From assembly GCF_009914755.1 (NCBI RefSeq), contig NC_060925.1: DNA of 64,000 nucleotides; one strand, 5' to 3'. Of the stretch, positions 37,554 to 50,582 are shown in pieces. The position numbers and the translations under genes were made by a program. Each line of letters starts with the position of its first letter. Within the stretch, counting starts at the first letter, position 1. The notes beneath the pieces were generated by a model that saw only the letters and a program-made list of their open reading frames with translations, had not been told where the DNA came from and did no database searches. This DNA is from the human T2T-CHM13v2.0 reference genome, Homo sapiens.

Positions 37554-40184
37554 ATGGAGATCAAATGAGAAAAGAAATTTTATAAATGCTGGAAGCCAGG
37601 GAAAGAGTGCTTGCTAGTGTAGTGTGGACCATGCCAAGAGCCAAGACACATCTAATTAGCTGTGCCTGCTCCCTGTGATTCTGAAAAAATGTCCTCAGAG
37701 TTCTAGTAACCTGTCTGACCTTGGAACCAGTGCCCCATCTCCTTGTGGGTTGTTGTCACCATTTCCCCTACAATCCTAGAAGAAGAACAGGCCCTAGTGG
37801 TGACCCACAAGAAATGCCAGGGAGAAATGCGATCCTTGGGCCACTGCAGGGCAAGAGAGCAGGTCAATCACCTGCGCAATGTTTGCTGTGGGTCCCGAGG
37901 CCTGAAAGGTTGCTTTGTTCAGCCACCAGGTAAGCTGCAAGAGGAAGGTGCTTCTCCAGCCACTGCCACCAAGACCTGCACAAAGCACTTATTCAGAGAT
38001 CCAGGCCTAGCCATGCCCTCTGATACTGCCTCTGACTTATTGGATTGCCTATACAAAGATCATTTCCCCACCAGCACCCTCCCATTCCTGACCCTGCCAC
38101 TCAGAGGGCATGGGTAGAATATTACATTCCAGAGAGAAAAGGCAATATTCAGGCTGAAAAAGACCAGGCTGCAGTTGAGGACAATCCTCTTTCACCATAG
38201 AGCTCTCAATGTCCCTGCAGACAATAGGCCTCTGTGCGGCCCCATCTTCTTATGCAAGGACAACTTACATGTTTTCATCTTTGGAAACTTCAAACTGCTC
38301 AGTCCCCAGGAACAAGGAAATGTCTGTCTAGGAGGGATGAGGAGAGAGGAGGTGAGATTTGTCACTTCAAAATAATCTCCTAGCCAGGTTTGTTTATTCC
38401 CATGGGCAATGCCAAATTTTTGCCAGTTTATTCTTTAACTCATTTGAACAGTCAATGTCTACAGAACATCTACCATGAGTTAGGTATCTTGCTAAGATGC
38501 CTAGTAATAGATACCTAACTGCAAAGAGAAAAATTAAATAAGACCACCCTACCCTCAAGCAGATAGTGTCCAAGGGTCTCAAAAAGCATTTTGTGAATTG
38601 ATTTTGTATGGGCATCCTTTTTCCCACTAAATTTTACACCTAATGTTTGATTTTCATTCTGTCCTGGCTCCTGAATCCCTTCTGAGTTATCATTATGTGA
38701 GCATAAAGATCAAAATTTTGAGTTTCCCAGGCACTCTTCTACTAGTGGAAATGCAAACTGCCATAACACCTATTGAGGATAATTTGACAACATATTTAAA
38801 AACTACATATGTGTTTACCCTTAACCCTAGCAATATTACTTCTGAGATTTAACCCTGAATATACACCTTTAATATATGTGTATTATTACATATACATAGT
38901 GTTACCCAGTGCAACACCATTTTTATATGTAAAATATTGGAAAGTACCTAAATATATCCAAGAATAAAAGACTGGTTGAATAAACCATAGTATATATACA
39001 CAATAGAGTACTATGCTGCTGTTAAAAATGTGATGATCTCTACACACTAATTTGTAGCAATTTCCAGGAGATACTGTTAAGTGCAAAAGCAAAATGCAAA
39101 GTAGCATATATAGTATGCTATCTTTTCTGTAAAATATGAGAGAAAATAAGAAAACATAAAAGTCTCTGCTTAATCTTACCCCCTACAAAAGAAAGAAAAG
39201 AAACAAGGAAAGGAAAAACAGAAAACAATTAAGTTGGTTACCTACAGAGATGAGGAAACAGGGAGAAAGAGATATGGGCAACAGTGACACTCCTCTAATA
39301 ATAGAGCTGCTTATAGGGCTTTGGCTTGAAAAGCTGTCAATGTTTTACATATTAAAGAAAATAAAATGTATCCAATAAATATGGGAAGGGCAAAAAAAAT
39401 TCTGAAAGCAAACCATAAAATTGAACCCAAGTGTGTTTCAAATGAATTGCATAACCTCACTGACCAGAGAAATAGGTAGAGAAGTTTAACAAAAGTCATA
39501 TGAACACTGCATTCATTTATGCAGGGTAGAGGGTGGGAAACCATACATTCTGAACTCTTTTTAATGAGTTTGTTTTTTGTAGTGGTTTAAGTGAAGCAAT
39601 TCGAAAACTATTTTATATGTATTATGGAAGTGAGCAAATAAAGAAATGTTTTGATGTTGATGGGATCCAGAGTTTTCAATGTGGAAGAAGGGATGTGTAA
39701 ATATGGAGTAGAAGAAGGAAATAAAGAATCCTATGAGGGTGGATTGAAATTGGAGGCTATTGTTAGGGATTCAGTTTTTCTAATATATATGTGTTTGTGT
39801 GTACCTTTCCTGGTTCTTTCCTAGCTCTGTCTGCTGAAAGGGTCTAGAAGCAAAGACACTCCAGTAGCAATGAGCATACTTAGCTCCCACATTTTTGTCT
39901 CTAATGCCATTCCCCACCAAAAGGAACCAGGGCACCACAGAGAGATAGCTGATTTCAAAGCTGGGGCAAGTTGTGTATAACATGAGTCTGGAAAAACGAG
40001 TTGTGCCAGAAAGTAAGGAAATACTCAAAAAGTGGTCGAGAGCACATTACAAGTACATAGGAGCCAGCTTGAAGGGGCTACCACTGACCGAATATGACAT
40101 GATTTGACCACCAATTAATTAAAGGTGGTGATTAATTATAGAACATTAAAAATAGGAATCCATGGTCCATTTTTATGATAAATC

Positions 40185-40193
40185 TAGATAGAT

Positions 40194-40248
<55 letters not shown>

Positions 40249-40265
40249 GATAGAGATAGATAGAT

Positions 40266-40323
<58 letters not shown>

Positions 40324-40339
40324 CAGAAAGACAGACAAA
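40185..40339 (+). repeat. compound (TAGA)n STR: (TAGA)2 TGA (TAGA)13 TGA TAGA GA (TAGA)2 TGA (TAGA)14 plus CAGA tail
   Basis: Counted directly. Confidence 0.97.
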
Positions 40340-41131
40340 GAAAAGAAGGCTGTCTTGCTGAGTCCTGACTGGTAAATATAGAAGTTCTGAAGTTGGAAAA
40401 AAAAATCATCATTTCGTAACCATCATAGTATAAAACTGGTTCAGACAAAAGAATCATCCATGGATGTTAACTCTATGGGGAAATTTTGATAAGGAGAATG
40501 ATATGTATTTGCATGACCTTAAAATGTTTCTCTACATTTTGCTAATTGGTAAGAGAAAGAGAGAAATAGTAATTAAACAGTAGAGAAATGAAAAATGACC
40601 TTGACTGAGTGATCAAAGTTAACATCACCAATGAGGGGCAGATGGACACCATGTACTTCCAAATGCCATGCCCTGAGAAGGACATCACTTAAGTGGCCTA
40701 GAATGCATAAACTGAAGCGAATTATGAGGAAATATGAGATTGCCATCCGGCAAATTAGATACACTCTATTTTAAGCAGGGAGGAGGCTGTATTTTTTTAA
40801 ATGTCAGTATCATAAAAGAAAAAGAAAGCCTATAGAAATGTTTCAGATTGAAGGAGACTAAAGATACATGACAACTAAAGGCAATACTTAGCCTTTGACT
40901 GATCCCATAATGGAGGTAAAAAATGCTATAAAGGATATTATTGAGTCAATTGACAAAACTGGAATAGGGACAGCAGATTACATCAAGGTATTACATCAGC
41001 ATCTACTGAAATTAATAACCACCTTGCGGTTATGTAAGAAAACACCATTATTTCTAGCAAGTAAACACTGTAATATTTAGGAGAAAAGCTATAATATATG
41101 CAACTTACTCTCAAATGGCTCTCCAAAGATG

Positions 41132-41133
<2 letters not shown>

Positions 41134-41165
<32 letters not shown>
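41134..41165 (+). repeat. (TG)16 microsatellite
   Basis: Read directly. Confidence 0.95.
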
Positions 41166-41166
<1 letters not shown>

Positions 41167-42164
41167 ATATGCACGCTCATGTGTGCGTGGAAAAAAGAGA
41201 AGAAATGGTAAAGTAAATGGGGCAAAATGTTAACAACAGTAAAATATGGATAAAGGACATATGGCTGTCTTTTGCACTGTTTTTAGTCTGTGATTTTTCT
41301 TCAAATTTATTTTCATTTTTTAAAAAATATTTTTGAGTTCTGGCACTCTGAAGATTTAACAAAAGGAAAAAAATGTGGATTTTTTTTTCAGCTGCCGTAA
41401 AAAGTAGAAGTAATTCTTTAATAGAAGAAAATTCCCATAGACTTGCATAGAAATTATTTAGGAGTTAATTTTCCCATTATATTGTTCTCCTTTGAGAAGC
41501 TTCCAGTGATTTCAAACACTACAGTGATTAAAAACTCAATTGGCTGAAGCCAAAAATCACATTAATAAAATAAAAATCAAACTTAAAATTTAAATAGTCA
41601 AAAGGAAGAACATGGAAAACACATGCTTAATTGTTACCTGCAAGTATAGTTAAATTGGAATTATTTGGTCAAACATATTTACAAATGTCACAGAGAGAAA
41701 ATGACCAATACAATTTTGAGAACTACATAATGGTTTAAATGCTTCAGAAGTATAATTTTTAAAAGTTATTTTAAATGATAAAACATTCAATAACTTTATA
41801 GAATCTTTCATTATTAAATAAATGACTGTATTTTTCTCTTAAAAATTTTTTAAAAGCTTTTTTTTCTTAATTTTGAGTTTCTGGTGATTACATTTCAAAA
41901 GAGCAATGTGAACCTTATTGCCTCAGACTATCCTCTGGTACATGTCAGCATTTTTCACTGCAGCAGCTCTTGGCCCATTCATGTGTTCTTCCTAAAGCCA
42001 TTATCTTAAGATTCTGAAATGTAAGGGACGCATTCTGGGTGCATACTTCATTGCAGTGCACAGAGGGTAAGGTAAAGGAAGATAAATTGTGTCCTCAATC
42101 AGGCTAGCAGTGCTTGGTACTTGGGTCATCTTAAGTTGCTTGGAACAATGATACCTACCACATC

Positions 42165-42350
42165 ATGCACCAGAATTATACCAAGAACTTTATGCATATT
42201 ATCTCATTTAATCCTCGCAATACTGAGATGGGGCAATAATGTCCTTGGAAAGGAAGTCAACATATAGTGAGTTTGACCTGTGAGAAGTGGCAGAGCCAAG
42301 ACTAGAATCCAGATTTTCTGGTTCCAAAGCTTGTGCTCTTTCATCTGTAT
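42165..42350 (-). mobile_element. MIR SINE
   Basis: TTATCTCATTTAATCCTCGCAA..GTGGCAGAGCCAAGACTAGAATCCAG. Confidence 0.7.
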
Positions 42351-42899
42351 GGTGTATTACCTCCCCAAGAGGTAGAGAAACCAGGGCCAACAGGCCAATC
42401 TTACACAATCTCTAGCTCTTAGTTCAGATGCTACAGCCTCTACAAAGTCTTCCTTGAACCCCAGGAAGGTATTGATGCTGCTTTTCTTATTCTCCCATCT
42501 CACTTTGCACATACCACCAAAAAAAAAATGATAATCTTGTTGCTTTATTATTTTTGCATGTTTGTTTTACTTTCTGCACTTTGATTTCTTTGAGAATAGA
42601 AATTACCTTTTCTTCTCTAGATTCCTAGTGACTATCATAGGGACTAGTTCATAAAATATATTCTATAAATGCTATTGAAGTCATATTGGATTTTAATAAG
42701 TATTTATTGAGCCTTTAAAAGAGCTTTACAGCGCTCTCATTTCATTCATACAGAAATTGAGACTTAACTTGAGCCTTAAGTCAACAGCTTGATAAGATTT
42801 TGTGCAAAGGCACAAAATCATTAATAGAAAAATTACACCTCATTAATAGAAAAATCATATGTAGAAAGAGAAAGAGAAAATAAGTAGAAAGAGAAAATA

Positions 42900-43852
42900 A
42901 TGATGAGCATTTTTTCATGTGTCTCTTGGCTGCATAAATGTCTTCTTTTGAGAAGTGTCTGTTCATATCCTTTGCCCACTTGTTGATGGGGTTGTTTGTT
43001 TTTTTCTTGTAAATTTTTTCGAGTTCTTTGTAGATTCTGGATATTAGCCCTTTGTCAGATGAGTAGATTGCAAAAATTTTCTCCCAGAGAAATGCAAATC
43101 AAAACCACAATGAGATACCATCTCACACCAGTTAGAATGGCGATCATTAAAAAGTCAGGAAACAACAGGTGCTGGAGAGGATGTGGAGAAATAGGAACAC
43201 TTTTACACTATTGGTGGGACTGTAAACTGGTTCAATCTTTGTGGAAGACAGTGTGACGATTCCTCAGGGATCTAGAACTAGAAATACCATTTGACCCAGC
43301 CATCCCATTACTGGGTATATACCCAAAGGATTATAAATCATGCTGCTATAAAGACACATGCACACGTATGTTTATTGCAGCACTATTCACAATAGCAAAG
43401 ACCTGGAACCAGCCCAAATGTCCAACAATAATAGACTGCATTAAGAAAATGTGGCACATGTACACCATGGAATACTATGCAGCCACAAGAAAGGATGAGT
43501 TCATGTCCTTTGTAGGGATATGGATGAAGCTGGAAACCATCATTCTCAGCAAACTATCGCAAGGACAAAAAACCAAACATGACATGTTCTCACTCATAGG
43601 TGGGAATTGAACAATGAGAACACTTGGACACAGGAAGGGGAACATCACACACCAGGGCCTGTTGTGGGGTGGGGGGGAGGGGGGAAGGATGGCATTGGGA
43701 GATATACCTAATGTAAATGACGAGTTGATGGGTGCAGAACACCAACATGGCACATGTATACATAGGTAACAAACCTGCACATTGTGCCCATGTGCCCTAG
43801 AACTTAAAGTATAATAATAAAAATAAATAAATAAATAATAATATATAAAAAA
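42900..43852 (+). mobile_element. 5'-inverted L1PA4/5: antisense 42900-43086, sense 43085-43852
   Basis: TGATGAGCATTTTTTCATG..TTCTCCCA|GAGAAATGCAAATCAAAACC junction; L1PA 3'UTR and A-rich tail; partial TSD AGAGAAAAT. Confidence 0.93.
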
Positions 43853-44029
43853 GGAGAGAAAATGGATGACCTAATCTACTACAGCTAATCAGGCCAGGCC
43901 CAGAGACTTAAACTGAGGTCTACATCCACATGAAGGCAAATGTAGGCAAACTGGGTAGAGCCTGAGAGCAGTATGAAAGTAGATGGTGCTCAATGCCAAT
44001 GCTGTATAACTGGAGACCAAAGGGACTAG

Positions 44030-44325
44030 GGGTAATGACAACTTAGGGAGTCATGATGGCTATTTTCAAACACCTTAGTGCATTCAACTTCTCTAGCTGA
44101 GCACCAACAGATGAACTTCAGCTAATGTATAGATGTCACCAGCAAGGATTTTGTTTCAATAAAATAAAAAAAAAAACATTCTTTTGTACATATCTCCAAA
44201 GATGGAATAAGCTGCTTCAGGTAATAGTGAGCTGTCTGTCATTAGAATTACACAGGCAATGAATGGAAGATCACATGTTAGGAAAGTTTTAGAGTGGATT
44301 CTTAAACAGAATAGTAGTCTAGGTT
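44030..44325 (+). mobile_element. L3/CR1-like 3' fragment
   Basis: GGCTATTTTCAAACAC..TGGAATAAGCTGCTTCAGGTAATAGTGAGCT..CATTAGAA. Confidence 0.45.
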
Positions 44326-44889
44326 AGGGGCTCCTAAATTCCACTCTTTGGACTGATGTAAAGCTACCACAACAAAATATAAACAAAAGTAGCAAGTTTT
44401 TCACAATACTGAATTAATTCAATTTAAACAACTGTCCTTTATTTAAAAATTATGCTTTTTGGCATCACATTTCTTTTTCATAATGAAATGAGAATGACAA
44501 GCAAATGCCTTGACTTGGAGGAAAAAAAATAGTTTAACTACTCTGTGTTGGTTGCCAAAATGTCTTTTAAAATTATAGTGACCTATGAGATTCAAAAGTG
44601 TATCAGCTAATGGGCCAGATAACCTCTGAGGTTCCTTCTACCCACAAGAGTGAATGACTCTACATCTCACAGACTCTGAAAACTGAGTGCCAGCAACCAG
44701 GCCCAGTAGAAATTCACTGGTTGGAGTCATGCATGCCTGGCTTCACATCAGGGTCCAGCTGCTTAGCAGTCAAGAGACTGAGCAAGTTAAGATCTTTGAA
44801 CCTCAGTTGTTTTATCCTTAAAATAAGAATAAAATTAAAATGCAGCACTGCAGGATCATTGGCTTTGGAGCCCAACACATATAGGCATG

Positions 44890-45373
44890 TGTGGTAGGTA
44901 ACCAAAATGGCCACAATTCTTTACATTTCTTCCACCAAGAGGTGTAATTTAATTCTCCATCCTTTATATCTGTGTTGAACTTGTGCTGCTTTTGCAAAAG
45001 GTTGTAGCAGAAACAACATTCTGAACCTGAGCCTCAAGTGTCTGCTCACATTTGCTGTTGGTCTTGGAACACTCCCTGTCTTCCATGTAATGAGCTCAGG
45101 CTGGCCTGCTAATTGATGAGGCCCACTCACTCCCACTGCTGCAGTCAAGAGCCAGCAAAAAACCAGAAAGGCCACTCAAGACCAGCCAGTCTCAGGCACG
45201 CCTCCATCTGAACACAGATGCAGGAGCAAGCCCAGTTAATATCAACCAAGCCTGACCCAGATCATCAGAAACACCCAACTGGCCCTTAAACTCATGAGTA
45301 ATAATAAATCGTAGTTATTTGAAGCCACTGCACCTTAGGGTGGTTCATTATTCTGCAAAAGCTAACTGATACA
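44890..45373 (+). mobile_element. MLT1G/H-like MaLR LTR
   Basis: TGTGGTAGG..AAAATGGCCACAATTCTT start; TTTGAAGCCACTG..GCAAAAGCTAACTGATACA end. Confidence 0.75.
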
Positions 45374-45409
45374 TTTTCTTTCCAGAGTTTATATATTTCA
45401 AAGTCCTAG

Positions 45410-45635
45410 CCAAGTGTCCTTGATCAAGTTATTTATAGTGTTTTAGCTTCAATATCCTTACCTGTAAAATAGACGAAAAATTCCTACCTCATAAGTTTAT
45501 TGTAAGAACCAAGTGATACATTATTAAAATATTTGGCACACAGTGTGTAGCACATATTTAAAAGACATTTAAAATGTCTGTTAAAATTATAGTGACCTAT
45601 GAAATTCAAGTAGCAAATAACTAATGGTAATAGTG
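45410..45635 (+). mobile_element. MIR SINE interrupted by a 53-bp locally templated insert
   Basis: CCTTGATCAAGTTATTT..ACCTGTAAAAT..CCTACCTCATAAG..GCACATA|insert|GTAG. Confidence 0.75.
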
Positions 45636-47586
45636 ATAGTAGAAATAGTAAAATTATAATGCCTTATAAAACTCAAGTAGTGAACAAATAGTGGTAATAA
45701 TAGTGATAGTATAAGTAGCAATACTTCCTCCACACTGTTCCTTCCATGTTGATTCCAGCTCTGAGAAATGGCAAGCAAACCTTGTTTGAAATCGCTGTTC
45801 ATCCTGTGACTAATAAGATGTGTTATGCCAAATTTACTCAGCCAGGGTTTGATTGATTTTATATTCCTGACTTGCAGTCTGAATTATTTAGTAATACTGT
45901 ACAAGGTGGGTGCTAGGGTAGCCCCAGAATTCAGAATTTTCATTCCACTCTTCAGAGAGTTAACAATATAACTGTTTCTAGAGGCAAAGAACCTTAGATG
46001 GCCAAGAGGGTGGAGACAGGTAGAGCTAGCTCATTTTGAAGGGTCACTGGGCTGGCATTCTCCCAGGGGCTTTACATATATTATTTACAACAATCTTGGG
46101 TTGAGCATTTTCATCCCTGTGTACTGATGAAGAAATTGATTTGAAAAGGTTGGTTAGTGAATTTCTCATGATAGTATAAACAATAAGGGACAGAGCTAGT
46201 ATTGCACACAGATCAATTATGTTCAGAGCTGTTGATCCCTCCTCTAAAGACTCACTGTCTTCGAAATCATCTAAGACATCTCTCTCATGGTGGCCCCCTC
46301 ATCACCCCACATCTGTTGCCTTTGCAGTCAATCAGCCCGCATCATGGCTGTCATCTCTCACCTGCATACTTACAGTAGCCTTTTGTCTCCCTGCCTTGCA
46401 GGCTCACCCTTTGACAACGGCCCCACTCCTGCCAGAGGGACCCCCATGGCATGTGGGTTATATCAAATTCCCCTTTCAACATTATCCCCCGTCTTTCCTT
46501 TACCTACATGATAAAATCAAAACATGGTATGGTTGACTCTGCCTACCTCATCAGCCACAGATTCTAACTCTCCTCCTTCCAGGCCACACTAAGTGACTTT
46601 AGCTTCCATGGCCCAGCATGCTTTTCCCTGCTACCACATCATGGTGCATCTTGTGTTCTGTTTTACTTTTCCCAAGGGCTTGACTTTCTGACAAACTCTG
46701 ACTTGATCTTCAAGTCTCCCTTCAAATGTCAAAACTTTGTAATGTCTTCTCTGAAGTCCCTAAGCAGGTTTAGATCATTTCCACCTTCCCTCTTCTCTCC
46801 CAAATAAAGTAATACTCATATTTGTTGCTCTCTCTGTCTTTCCCATAAAATCACAAAGCAGTCATCACCCCAAATTAGTTAGATTATGGTGAAAATGTTT
46901 TGAATTCATATCTTGCTAATAAAAAGGGTTATTATAGTGGCCTCTGCTGTTTAGTAATAGGCAAGAAACCAAAATAGAAACCAAGTTAGATTTCACTAAG
47001 TAGTTATGAGACTTTGAACTATGGAGACTGTCAGAGCTATAGGTGAACAGATTCCTGATAAACACCTCATTTTTAGATACGATAAAGAATAACTGAAAGC
47101 AAATAACCATATTTGAAACTGAGGAAACACTGGCCACAAAAAAAATGAGAGAAAGAGGACAAGGAAAATCTTAATGGAATAAATAGCAAAACCTGCAGAA
47201 AGGCTTAGAGAAATCATTTACTTCAATTTTCAGAGGTGCCAAGCACAGAATGCATTTTCCTTATGAGTAAGGAAGAGGAAATTTTGTGAGAAACAAAATC
47301 TTTCCAAAGCAGGTGCTAAAGAAATTAAAGCTCACAGAGGATGGACCAAGGCCAGAATTATAATCCACATGGTAAAGAAGGAAAAGGTGTGTGTCTGGGC
47401 CAAGAGCAGAAAGGGATTGAAGAGAGACGGAGTAACACGGGCGATACCAAGGGAACCTCCTGGTGTAACCTGTGCTCATTTAAACAAAGGCTTATCCCCT
47501 TCAGACCTCAGACGTCATTCCAAGGAACACCTACACACTGGAGATGTGGGCCATCCTTCAGTTACTCCACACAGAAATACTAGCAT

Positions 47587-48279
47587 CTATTGTGAATAGT
47601 GCCACAATAAACATACATGTGCATGTGTCTTTATAGCAGCATGATTTGTAAACCTTTGGGTATATACCCAGTAATGGGATGGCTGGATCAAATGGTATTT
47701 CTAGTTCTAGATCCCTGAGGAATCACCACACTGTCTTCCACAATGGTTGAACTAGTTTACAGTCCCACCAACAGTGTAAAAGTGTTCTTATTTCTCCACA
47801 TCCTCTCCAGCACCTGTTGTTTCCTGACTTTTTAATGACCGCCTTGGAACCAACCCAAATGTCCAACAATGATAGACTGGATTAAGAAAATGTGGCACAT
47901 ATACACCATGGAATACTAGGCAGCCATAAAAAATGATGAGTTCATGTCCTTTGTAGGGACATGGATGAAGCTGGAAACCATCATTCTCAGCAAACTATCA
48001 CAAGGACAAAAAACCAAACATGACATGTTCTCACTCATAGGTGGGAATTGAACAATGAGAACACTGGGACACAGGAAGGGGAACATCACACACCGGGGCC
48101 TGTTGTGGGGTCGGGGGAGGGGGGAGGGATAGCATTAGGAGATATACCTAATGTAAATGACGAGTTAATGGGTGCAGCACACCAACATGGCACATGTATG
48201 CATATGTAACAAACCTGCACGTTGTGCACATGTACCCTAGAACTGAAAGTATAATAAAAATATATAAAAAAAGAAAGAA
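47587..48279 (+). mobile_element. 5'-inverted L1PA4-like: antisense 47587-47843, sense 47843-48279
   Basis: CTATTGTGAATAGTGCC..AATGACCGCC|TTGGAACCAACCC junction; TSD AGAAATACTAGCATC (47573-47587) / AGAAAGAATAGCATC (48280-48294), 13/15. Confidence 0.93.
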
Positions 48280-48796
48280 AGAAAGAATAGCATCATTTTG
48301 TTGCCTGGATCACAGAATTGTAAGGATAATTTAATTACCCTTTCTTCGGTATAAAGATGAGAACGCCCTCAAGCACATTCAAAACTAAAACCACAACATT
48401 TATGAGCCTTTCTTGAAGAAGGTACCTAATAACAAAATACAGGAGACCAGTGGTGCTTCAAAATAAAAGAACTCAATAGAAAAGCCATGGTAAAATGGCT
48501 GGTAGTGAGCACTAAATGAATTCAAGTGTTGAACAAAGGTTAAACAACTGTGAGAATTATGGTTACAGGATAGAATACAAATATTATAAATTCCAACAAT
48601 GTAAAATAATTTTACTAGAAAAACCCAGGTGATGCAAGGAGGGCATGGGGAGACATAAACTAGTATTCTCATATTTCAGAAAAACACTACCATTAATAGA
48701 TAATAACGAATTTGAAATATTCATTTAAAAAATTTTTTTCTCATCCCCTTCATGTGTTTTTTTTTTCAGTTTTTTTCTTTTTTTTTACTAATGATA

Positions 48797-48868
48797 ATTT
48801 TATTTTATTTTATTTTTATTACACTTTAGGTATATGTGCACAACGTACATGTGCCCAACGTGCAGGTT
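48797..48868 (-). mobile_element. very short rearranged L1PA 3' terminus
   Basis: TTATTACACTTT..GTACATGTGCCCAACGTGCAGGTTT is the antisense L1PA 3' end, with an internal ~15-bp duplication. Confidence 0.65.
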
Positions 48869-48910
48869 TTTACTGTTTTTCTTAGCCTTTGAGGTACCTT
48901 TAAAGAATGA

Positions 48911-49579
<669 letters not shown>

Positions 49580-50582
49580 TAAAAAAATAAAATTGATTTT
49601 GGCTCCCATAACCACTCTGGTTGGTTTGTGACAGTTGTCTGGAACACCATGTTAAAATGGATTCTGAGCTCCACAGAAAACAATTATCTGATAGATCAGT
49701 AAATCTGCCATGGCCGCCAAGAAGGAGTGAGGTCATACAGCCTATATGTATAGACTGTGGTCATACATACAATCATATAGTCAACATTCCAACAGTCTAA
49801 TAAAAATAAGACTGAAATTTTGTGTATAACAATTAAAGAAGTCAAGTGAGGACAGCTGTCTACATCATTCACTCAATAAAAGTTGACTAATCCAAGACTT
49901 ACATAGGCTAGATAGTTTACATACATCTAGACAGTACAATTTATAGGCAACCATAAAAAGAGGAAAAATGATGATTGTATTATACTAATCTCTCTATTAG
50001 CAAATATATAAAATTGCTATAATATAAAATAGTTAAAAAACAGAAAGTTAGGACCGAATTAATGTAGAACCCTCTGTCATTCTAAGAATAAGTAGTTTTC
50101 ATTCATAGATACATAAACTATGTGGAAAAAAAGGTCCATACATATCCTTGAGAGAGGCCTTTTCAATAAAATTCTAATTTTATGTTTAATAATTATTTGT
50201 CAACATTTATAATGTATATGGTATTTTTATCAAATGGGAACTATGAATAATTAGAGTGATAACACAATCCAGAAGAGAGAATATTAAACTTAATTCTGGA
50301 TGGTACCAAGATTTTTTTAAAATTATGTTTCAAAGAGGGAAAAAAAACACACAAGTAAAGAATGAGTACATTTAAATGATTTCATCATCTTGTCACCCTA
50401 CAAATGCTTACTGAAGCAAATGCAGACCAGGTTCTGTGCTGGTTGCTGGAAGCATAGAGATAAATGCAACACGGCTCTGGCTAGGAAGGGAAACAGGGCC
50501 TGAGAAAACTGTCACTGTCACGTAGTTGAAAGGAAAACCAGGAGAGAACTGTGGCAGGAAGAAGTTTTAAAAAGTGGCCACC

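Larger units (their letters stand above)
38740..41330 (+). mobile_element. L1MC4/5-class ORF2 end and long 3'UTR
   Basis: TTCCTAGCTCTGTCTGCTGAAAGGGTCTAGAAGC..CAGTAGCAATGAGCA..AAGGAACCAGGG; GTGATCAAAGTTAACATCACCAATGAGGG. Confidence 0.8.

Noticed and set aside
37743-38117. 124-aa plus-strand ORF
   Set aside because: Non-ATG start, no recognisable homology, no supported exon chain.
40132-40457. ORFs with SIYL repeats
   Set aside because: Translation of the (TCTA)n microsatellite.
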